Assembly: GCF_047555085.1 (NCBI RefSeq)
Contig: NZ_CP180230.1
Span: forward strand, 930,001 to 962,000
From: Candidatus Saccharimonadota bacterium
GTDB taxonomy: Archaea; Nanohalarchaeota; Nanosalinia; Nanosalinales; Nanosalinaceae
Direction of reading: 5' to 3'
DNA length: 32,000 nt
Shown: positions 25,914 to 32,000 of the stretch, piece after piece
How the letters are laid out: each line of letters begins with the position of its first letter
Numbering within the stretch: the first letter of the stretch is position 1
Translations under genes and position numbers: made by a program
The notes under the pieces: model-generated
Databases searched by the model: none
What the model saw: the letters and a program-made list of their open reading frames with translations, nothing else
Told to the model about the DNA's origin: nothing

Positions 25914-26729
25914 ATGCCTGAATGTGATTTCTGTGGCGAGGAGTTCGAGTCTGATCTGGAGCTTCACGTTCACTGGGGTGAAGAGCATGAGGATGAACTT
26001 AATTCTCATCAAAAAGATACTGTAAAGAAAGCTAGGAGAGAAAAAGAGGAACAGGAGAAGAAGGAAAGTGAGAGAAAGAAGAATCTTGCTTTCAAAGTTC
26101 TTGCCTCCGGTGTAGCGATCGTTATTGCTGCTATTCTAATCCCTCAGTTGCTTAACGCAGGTAACGGCGGAGATGCGTCCAACAGCACCGCCAGCTTTAC
26201 GCTTGAAGGTGAGCCGGTACTTGGAAATGAAAGCGCCAACGTCAGCATAGTCGCTTTCGAGGATTTCTACTGCCCTTCATGCAAGAGCTTCAATGACGGC
26301 GTGAAGCCTAGACTTGAAGATAATTACATCGAAACAGGTCAGGCAAAGTTTTACTACCTCGACTTCCCTCTGGACTTCCACGATCCACAGGCCACAGCTG
26401 CATCGGTCGCAGCAGAATGTACTTACCAGCAGGACGAGGAATCTTTCTGGCCTGTACACGATGCACTGTACGATGTGCAGAGAAGTATAGATTACACTCC
26501 TGAAAGACTGACTCAGTTAGTCGAAGAAAACACTGAAGGCCTTGACTACGAGGCAATACAGTCCTGCATAGCAAGTCAGGAAACAGTTAACAGAGTAAAC
26601 GAGGACATGAGAGAAGGCCTCAACGCAGGTGTCTCAGGTACACCAACAATCTTCGTGAACGGAGAACAGGCCTCAGACTTCAGGTACTCAACACTTGAAA
26701 GCATGATAGAGGACGAACTAGCAGGCTAA
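25914..26729 (+). CDS. Second fusion protein of C2H2 zinc finger, TM helix and DsbA-like thioredoxin domain (paralog of 12794..13765)
   Basis: C-x2-C-x12-H-x4-H (ECDFCGEEFESDLELHVHWGEEH), a K/R-rich stretch, TM segment AFKVLASGVAIVIAAILIPQLL, then DsbA-type VAFEDFYCPSCKSF and GTPTIFV. I prefer the ATG at 25914; the ORF track starts at 25893. Confidence 0.8.
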   Translation: MPECDFCGEEFESDLELHVHWGEEHEDELNSHQKDTVKKARREKEEQEKKESERKKNLAFKVLASGVAIVIAAILIPQLLNAGNGGDASNSTASFTLEGEPVLGNESANVSIVAFEDFYCPSCKSFNDGVKPRLEDNYIETGQAKFYYLDFPLDFHDPQATAASVAAECTYQQDEESFWPVHDALYDVQRSIDYTPERLTQLVEENTEGLDYEAIQSCIASQETVNRVNEDMREGLNAGVSGTPTIFVNGEQASDFRYSTLESMIEDELAG

Positions 26730-26737
26730 AGGCCTTC

Positions 26738-26772
26738 AAAAAGGGGATTACTCCCTTTTTCCCAAATTTTTT
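26738..26772. terminator. Hairpin (AAAAAGGG / CCCTTTTT, 7-nt loop) plus a T6 run, between convergent DsbA-paralog and polB genes
   Basis: Stem 26738-26745 pairs with 26753-26760. The TTTTTT run is at 26767-26772. Confidence 0.4.
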
Positions 26773-26797
26773 CTCAAAAAATTCTACATTATAACTT

Positions 26798-29197
26798 CTA
26801 GCTGAATCTTCCAAGGCCGCTCTGTCTGCCTTTGCCTTTGAGCTCATCTTCAGTGTATCCAAAAACTTTGAGAACTCGTACAGCAGCAGGCACAACCTGG
26901 TTATCTATATAATAGTCCGGATCATAGTTATCGGCGAATTTCGTAAGTTCAGCTCTCTCTGAGATACCTCCACCACCGCGAGTAACAACATAATCAACTG
27001 TAGTCTCCGGCTCTATATCCATGCCTCTTTTCCTGGCTTTTTTCACGGCCTCAACGTGCGGAGCCGTGGATCCGTACTCTTCAGGGGGCTTTGTCAGTGT
27101 CGTATGAATCTTCAAACGTTCCACAGGCATTTCCTGATTTTTCAGGGCCTCTATAGTTTCTTTGACTTCTTCAGCGGCCTCCGAGATCCTGTCCTGGAGC
27201 ACAAGATTCAAGACTTTTTTCTGAGTTTCTTTGGCCACAGGACTCCAGTCCCTTCTCACCTGCTCGAAGCCTGTGATCTTGAGGCCTCCTTCTTCATCCA
27301 TCAATGCGTACTTCTTCTTGGCTCCTTCGCCTGAGGCCTTCGACGTGAAGAATCCTCGTACGAAGTAGCCCTCGAACTCCAGTTCCATGAACTCAGGAAG
27401 AGTCGAGTTAACTTTCTCGAGGAAACTTTCTTTCCTTTCCTTGACGTCCTCTCCCTGTATGAAGACCGAGTCAGTATCGCCGTAGACGATCTCGAATCCC
27501 ATCTCCTCGGCGATATCTATAGTATCCTCGATATACTCTCTTCCAAGATACGTAGTGGCCTGTGCAGACTCCTTGGAATACCATCGTGCTCCATCATATC
27601 CCAGATACCCATAGAACGAGTTGGCGAGGATTTTCTGGGCCTGCTGGCGGCTGTAAACCCGTTCATACTCGAGAGAGTCTTCCTCAAGATCCTTTAACTT
27701 CTCCTTCAATTCATACCTGCTTCCTACCAGGCCTTCGATAAGCTCCGGGAAAAATCCCTGTTCATCCTGACAGAAAAAGAAGTCGAACTCCTCCAGAGTA
27801 AATTTTTCATCGCAGTCCTCGAGATCAAGGACTTCAGGCGAAATATTATGAGCCACCATAACCGTCGGATACAGAGAACGGAAATCAAAAACAGAAACAT
27901 CTTCATAGAGGCCTGAATCCGGAGTATATACAAAACCTCCCTCGTAAGCTCCCTGATTCTGCCTTCTTCTCCTTTCATTCCTTGTAGGCCTGTTAGGCGC
28001 CAGCATGTTCCTGTTGAAGGCCTCTCTGAGGAGGAAGTTTTCCGTCAACTGTCCGTAAGTCAGCCTGCACGCATCGAACGGTATGAGGCCTGTGATCCTG
28101 GAAAGCTCCATTATCTGCGGCACAAGCTCTTCAGAAAGCCTGTAGGCCAGCTCGGAATCTCTTAAATTGTATCTTGCAAATTTTTCCAGATTTTCGCTGT
28201 CTCTCCACCACTGTTTCATCTCTTCAAAAGTTACTTCATCCTTGTTCTCTCCCAGCATCTCTTCAGCTACAGAATCAAGGTCAAGAGTCTCCGAATCAAG
28301 GCCTGGAGCTACTACATGTGATATGAACGGGAAAAGATCGAGATGCATCCTACCCTTCAGTCTTGCTCCCTTGAAGCGGCCTCTCCTGTTGTATTTCATT
28401 CTTTCGCCATCTCTGCCAAGCGAAAGCTCCATCCCGTATTTCTGGACTCGTTCTCTGAGTACACCGAAATCAAACTCATCGGTGTTGTACCCTGTTATTA
28501 TATCGGTATCTCTATCCTCTATTATCGCCATAAATCTCTGTAAAAGCTCTTTCTCGGATTCAAAAGTCTCAACAAAATCTTCATCGATCTCCCCAGTAGA
28601 AAGAACTTTTTCAAAATCTTCACCGTAGAAAGAGGCCATAACTACCTCTTCATCGATTACTTCAAGATCGAAAGCCAGTTTGGAGAAACTTGGCTCCTCT
28701 TTATCGGATTCAGTGACTTCTTCAAGTAAAATTTTTCGTTCAATATCTCCAGAGGCCTGTTCTCCGTTCACGCGAACTGTTTCTCCAGGCCTTATCCCTC
28801 TATCGATCAGAAATCTTTTGTAGAATGGTATATCAAATTCTCTGCATTCCTTGACTTCCTGCATCTTACTTACGGGATACTTCAGTTTAGGGACGTTCGC
28901 CGGTATATCTGTGGAGATCTTCAGGGCCTTTACCTCCTCTAGGCCTAATTTTTTGTCCTGTATCTCTATTTCTCTTACTTCCAAGGGTTCATCGTCGTCA
29001 TCTGTGAACTGTCTGCTTTCTATCTCTTCCTTCAGTTCTTCAGCGTTTTCATTCGGGACTGCGTAGAAGTATGGCTGCAGTTGTCTGTCCTCTATGAGGA
29101 TATTCTCTCCTGCTGCTGTTTTTCCGAAAGCCCTTATCAGGACTTCACCGTTGTCTATACGGTAGTCAGCATCGATTACAGTTACGTCAGTTTCCAC
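26798..29197 (-). CDS. polB: DNA polymerase, family B
   Basis: 799 aa. Motifs present are Exo I FDLEV, Pol motif A DFRSLYPTV, motif B KILANSFYGY, and motif C YGDTDS. GTG start. The length shows no intein-sized insertion. Confidence 0.95.
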   Translation of the reverse strand: METDVTVIDADYRIDNGEVLIRAFGKTAAGENILIEDRQLQPYFYAVPNENAEELKEEIESRQFTDDDDEPLEVREIEIQDKKLGLEEVKALKISTDIPANVPKLKYPVSKMQEVKECREFDIPFYKRFLIDRGIRPGETVRVNGEQASGDIERKILLEEVTESDKEEPSFSKLAFDLEVIDEEVVMASFYGEDFEKVLSTGEIDEDFVETFESEKELLQRFMAIIEDRDTDIITGYNTDEFDFGVLRERVQKYGMELSLGRDGERMKYNRRGRFKGARLKGRMHLDLFPFISHVVAPGLDSETLDLDSVAEEMLGENKDEVTFEEMKQWWRDSENLEKFARYNLRDSELAYRLSEELVPQIMELSRITGLIPFDACRLTYGQLTENFLLREAFNRNMLAPNRPTRNERRRRQNQGAYEGGFVYTPDSGLYEDVSVFDFRSLYPTVMVAHNISPEVLDLEDCDEKFTLEEFDFFFCQDEQGFFPELIEGLVGSRYELKEKLKDLEEDSLEYERVYSRQQAQKILANSFYGYLGYDGARWYSKESAQATTYLGREYIEDTIDIAEEMGFEIVYGDTDSVFIQGEDVKERKESFLEKVNSTLPEFMELEFEGYFVRGFFTSKASGEGAKKKYALMDEEGGLKITGFEQVRRDWSPVAKETQKKVLNLVLQDRISEAAEEVKETIEALKNQEMPVERLKIHTTLTKPPEEYGSTAPHVEAVKKARKRGMDIEPETTVDYVVTRGGGGISERAELTKFADNYDPDYYIDNQVVPAAVRVLKVFGYTEDELKGKGRQSGLGRFS

Positions 29198-29279
29198 AGG
29201 ATTATTTTTCCGGGCCGAGAGTTAAGTAAATGGATTCCTGTGTCAAAGACTTAAGTTGTCAGGCCTTCAAAGACAGTTT

Positions 29280-29936
29280 ATGAGGACACTTCTGATAACT
29301 GATATTCACGGAGATACAGACAAGCTGGAAAAAATAATTGAAAAAGAGGATTTTGAGGCCATCCTGTGCGCCGGAGATCTTTCAGATGCCAGAGAGTTCG
29401 ATGACTACGAGGGAAAGCTGGATGAAGTGCTTGACCTTTTCGATAAGAAAGACAAGCTCGTTAAAGCCGTCCCCGGGAATATGGATCCTGAAGAGGCCTG
29501 TGTGAAGGCCTTGAGGGAGCGAAGAATCAATTTACACAGGAAGATCGGATCTTTCGATGGCTTTGAGGCTGTTGGCCACGGAGGAGGAATCACTCCTTTC
29601 GGCACTCCTTTCGAGCCGTCAGGAGAGGAAATCAAGAACGCTGTGGAGACTTTGAGCGAGCGGATGAAGGCAGATACACGTCTGGCTGTTATCCATCAGC
29701 CTCCGGCGAACAGTGAACTGGATATCGCAGATGGCGAGCATGTGGGCAGTCCGGAAGTAAGAGAGTTACTTGAAGACTCCGAGTTCGATCTCGTTCTGAC
29801 AGGCCATATCCATGAATCCCGAGGCAGAGATAAGTTCAACGGGACTGTGGCAGTAAATCCAGGGCCTGTACTGGAGGGCTACTATGCTGTTGCAGAGATA
29901 GGTGATGGCATCGCAGTTGAAATGAAGCAACTGTGA
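29280..29936 (+). CDS. Calcineurin-like metallophosphoesterase (YfcE/MJ0936-like)
   Basis: Motifs DIHGD, GDL, GNMD, GHGG and TGHIHES occur in the canonical order. I prefer the ATG at 29280 (MRTLLITDIHGD); the ORF track starts at TTG 29256. Confidence 0.8.
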   Translation: MRTLLITDIHGDTDKLEKIIEKEDFEAILCAGDLSDAREFDDYEGKLDEVLDLFDKKDKLVKAVPGNMDPEEACVKALRERRINLHRKIGSFDGFEAVGHGGGITPFGTPFEPSGEEIKNAVETLSERMKADTRLAVIHQPPANSELDIADGEHVGSPEVRELLEDSEFDLVLTGHIHESRGRDKFNGTVAVNPGPVLEGYYAVAEIGDGIAVEMKQL

Positions 29937-30084
29937 CTTTTTCACAATATCTACAGGCCTTTCCGGAGAATGCCAGAGTTTATACAGTGGTAGAATGGAG
30001 AGGCCTTTTCCCAGTGTTTTCTTTTTCATTTGTAAGAGTTGTCTACAGGACGATAACTGTTTAACGTGTGCTGCACGCCACATA

Positions 30085-30094
30085 TTTTTATATA
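30085..30094 (+). promoter_or_regulatory. TATA box TTTTTATATA of the histone gene
   Basis: A canonical archaeal TATA sequence about 55-60 nt upstream of ATG 30147, which implies a 5' UTR of about 30 nt carrying the Shine-Dalgarno site. Confidence 0.5.
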
Positions 30095-30127
30095 GGAGTA
30101 GAACGTAAATTATCAGTACAAGCCTTA

Positions 30128-30137
30128 AAGGAGGTGA
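30128..30137 (+). promoter_or_regulatory. Shine-Dalgarno AAGGAGGTGA of the histone gene
   Basis: It gives an 8-9 nt match to the anti-SD sequence and lies 9 nt upstream of ATG 30147. Confidence 0.65.
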
Positions 30138-30146
30138 CACTATACA

Positions 30147-30344
30147 ATGGCAGAACTACCACTAGCACCTGTAAAGAGAATTATCAAGCAGGCCGGCGCT
30201 TCAAGAGTTTCAGAGGACGCAGTAGAAGAACTAAGAGATGAACTAGAAGCACACGCAGAGGATCGTGCAAGAGAAGCAAAGCAGTACGCTGAGCACGCCG
30301 GCAGAAAGACAGTACAGGCAGCAGACGTTAAGACTTCAAGATAA
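30147..30344 (+). CDS. Archaeal histone (HMf family)
   Basis: A 65-aa histone fold (MAELPLAPVKRIIKQAG...RKTVQAADV). A strong Shine-Dalgarno AAGGAGGTGA and a TATA box lie upstream. Confidence 0.9.
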   Translation: MAELPLAPVKRIIKQAGASRVSEDAVEELRDELEAHAEDRAREAKQYAEHAGRKTVQAADVKTSR

Positions 30345-30416
30345 AGTTTTTTCTTGAAGAGGCCTGTACGTTTCATACTTCCTTTTTTTATTTCTCACCG
30401 ATCAGATTGTTCTACA

Positions 30417-31160
30417 GTGAAACTGGAAAACTCATTTATCCTGTTCCCTGGCATTGGCCAGAAGACCGAGAAAAAACTCTGGAAAGACAATATACGGCAC
30501 TGGGACCATCTTGAAGACTCTTCTAAGCACAATAAAGTTCAGGAACACATGGAGAAGGCCCGCAAAAATTTGAAAGTGAATAACTCAATTTACTTCGACG
30601 ACAAACTCCCAAACAAAAGCCTGTGGAGAGCCTACAAAAATTTTGAGAAAGATGTCACGTTCTTCGATATCGAGACAACAGGCCTGAAGCCGGAAAGGAA
30701 CAAGACCACGACAGTAAGTTTCTACCGTAACGGCGAATCAAAGACATTAATCAGAGGCCAGAATCTGACTCGTGAAAAACTTGAAAACGAGATTTTCGAG
30801 TCATCTATGCTTGTCTCATTTAACGGGAAGCGTTTCGATGCTCCTTTCCTGGAGAAAAACTTTGACTTGAATATCGAGACGCCGCACATCGATTTGATGT
30901 ATCCGTGTAAACGACTTGGATACAGTGGAGGCCTGAAGAAGATCGAGAAAGACTTGAAGATTCAGCGAGAACTGGAGGATATCGATGGAAGGGAGGCGAT
31001 CAAGCTGTGGAAGAAGTACGAGAACAACGGTGACGAAGAGGCCTTGAACAAGCTTGTCAGGTACAATCAGTACGACGCCGAGAATCTTCAGGACTTGCTT
31101 GAGATCGTCCGTGAAAAATTGATCGAGAAAGTGGCTGACAGGCCTGAAAGATTCGAGTAG
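30417..31160 (+). CDS. RNase-H-fold 3'-5' exonuclease-like protein (YprB / COG3359-like)
   Basis: An HhH-like N-terminus (LFPGIGQKTEKKLW) and DEDD-type segments FFDIETTG, SFNGKRFD and YNQYDAENL. I prefer the GTG at 30417, which lies 29 nt downstream of a T7-A-T3 TATA-like element. The ORF track's TTG 30354 extension is hydrophobic/basic and unlikely to be coding. Confidence 0.7.
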   Translation: MKLENSFILFPGIGQKTEKKLWKDNIRHWDHLEDSSKHNKVQEHMEKARKNLKVNNSIYFDDKLPNKSLWRAYKNFEKDVTFFDIETTGLKPERNKTTTVSFYRNGESKTLIRGQNLTREKLENEIFESSMLVSFNGKRFDAPFLEKNFDLNIETPHIDLMYPCKRLGYSGGLKKIEKDLKIQRELEDIDGREAIKLWKKYENNGDEEALNKLVRYNQYDAENLQDLLEIVREKLIEKVADRPERFE

Positions 31161-31750
31161 AGGCCTGCAAAGGTTTTCCGGATACTTTTTCCTTTTCCGC
31201 TGTGCATGTTTGGAGGGAAAACTTAAAAGGGTCGACTTCTAATTAGAGGTTGAAGAAAATGGCCTTGGTTAATACTATTTCACCCGCTGGAAACATGTGG
31301 ATGGATCTGGTGAGGTGCACCCATACCGAAAACAAGGCCAAGGCTTTCTCCATTATTAATTATCTGGCAGAGTAAAGTGGGATGAAGTCTTGGCCGACAT
31401 TGACTGGCCAAGTACCGACCGCGAATACTCAAAAAACCAAATTCTTGACAGCCTCTCGTTCTACCTCTATGGAACATGGAATGAGGGCTTGGGCAGTGTG
31501 CTGCTTGCAAGGTGGTGCACTGTCCTTGGCACCTATCTAGTCTATCTGTAAAAGATACGATACGTACAACGATCAGAGGTGCAATACACACAATGGATGC
31601 GAACACACGCCACTTCGAAACCGAGCTTCAGGCTCAGCACGAAGAGACCACTCGACAGACTACCGATGTCTCACCTGAAGCAAACGTTGTCCCGGCAACA
31701 GCACTTTAAACCAGAAAAACAAGAATAAAGAAGATTACAGGCCTCCAGAA

Positions 31751-31999
31751 TCAGTCCTGACTCTGGTATGCCGCCGACTCGAAGGCAGCCCAGCCGTTGG
31801 CCATAGAATCAAGCATCGAGGTGAAAGACTTCGCTGGCTTGATGACTTTTCTGCGGCCCTGAGAGCCTTCTCTCGAATCACGGTACTCCAGATACTCGTA
31901 CTGAATTGCCCCTAAACGCCGGAGCTTAGGCAGAATATTGTTTTTCAGATTGGAGAGGCCTTTCTCGTGTCCCCATTCATCGAAGTTATTCAGTTTCTC
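31751..31999 (-). CDS. C-terminal 82 codons of a hypothetical protein (5' end beyond the window); absent from the ORF track
   Basis: This is the only open frame on the minus strand at the window edge (83 codons including stop TGA at 31751-31753). It reads ...EKLNNFDEWGHEKGLSNLKNNILPKLRRLGAIQYEYLEYRDSREGSQGRRKVIKPAKSFTSMLDSMANGWAAFESAAYQSQD. I recognise no family. Confidence 0.45.
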   Translation of the reverse strand, partial: EKLNNFDEWGHEKGLSNLKNNILPKLRRLGAIQYEYLEYRDSREGSQGRRKVIKPAKSFTSMLDSMANGWAAFESAAYQSQD

Positions 32000-32000
32000 G

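Noticed and set aside
26798-29197. Possible inteins in polB (also considered for cdc48 and topA).
   Set aside because: The protein lengths (799, 759 and 686 aa) and the contiguous catalytic motifs (YGDTDS, Walker boxes, Toprim and active-site Tyr) leave no intein-sized insertion. No C/S...HN-C/S/T splice-junction blocks were seen.
29766-30140. 124-aa minus-strand ORF spanning the phosphoesterase 3' end and the histone promoter region.
   Set aside because: It is mostly antisense to a motif-supported gene, it is basic/Cys-rich, and it would run through the histone TATA box and SD.
31280-31606. 108-aa minus-strand ORF and 65-aa plus-strand ORF (31512..31709) in the terminal spacer.
   Set aside because: The composition is Cys/His/Arg-rich and non-acidic, which does not fit this proteome. 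There is no start context and no motif. I treat them as non-coding and report the region as a finding instead.
1-32000. Scan for tRNA/rRNA genes, CRISPR repeat arrays, transposase or integrase genes, and toxin-antitoxin or restriction-type defence genes.
   Set aside because: I saw no T-arm-like GGTTCGAATC/GGTTCAAATC motif outside coding sequence and no regularly spaced 25-40 bp direct repeats. No ORF showed transposase, integrase or nuclease-defence motifs. A by-eye scan cannot exclude small ncRNAs.

Overview
This is a housekeeping chromosomal segment from an archaeon, very probably a low-GC extreme halophile. That placement is an inference. It rests on archaeal hallmark genes (histone, RadB, family-B DNA polymerase, Cdc48, type-2 MetAP, ADP-forming acetyl-CoA synthetase), uniformly very acidic D/E-rich predicted proteins, and roughly mid-40s %GC judged by eye. 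A nanohaloarchaeon-like DPANN lineage is my best guess, not proven.

I call about 32 tightly packed CDS:
- ogt, serS, topA
- a Phe/Tyr terminal-branch cluster (chorismate mutase, pheA, aminotransferase, tyrA, plus a pterin-4a-carbinolamine dehydratase)
- radB, cdc48, map, malic enzyme
- ADP-forming acetyl-CoA synthetase placed divergently from a four-gene 2-oxoacid dehydrogenase operon (E1a, E1b, E2, E3)
- polB, a metallophosphoesterase, a histone, and a YprB-like RNase-H-fold exonuclease
- several lineage-specific secreted or membrane proteins

I found no rRNA, tRNA, CRISPR array, transposase or integrase, and no recognisable defence genes. I do not see a classic novel gene-island system here.

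The stand-out signal is at another scale. The palindromic hexamer AGGCCT occurs about 150 times by hand count, where about 6 would be expected. It appears in all codon phases, on both strands, and even more densely in intergenic spacers.

Other points worth a second look:
- The E2 lipoyl domain is missed by the ORF track and has no canonical start codon (probable ATC start behind a Shine-Dalgarno site).
- Two paralogous proteins fuse a C2H2 zinc finger, a TM helix and a DsbA domain. One sits next to a membrane protein with an intramembrane CxxC.
- A secreted-protein / membrane wHTH module carries a helically phased AACG repeat array.
- A perfect 22-bp palindrome lies upstream of a small ORF that is translationally coupled to cdc48.
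- An atypical ~590-bp stretch with no convincing gene lies at the 3' end of the window.
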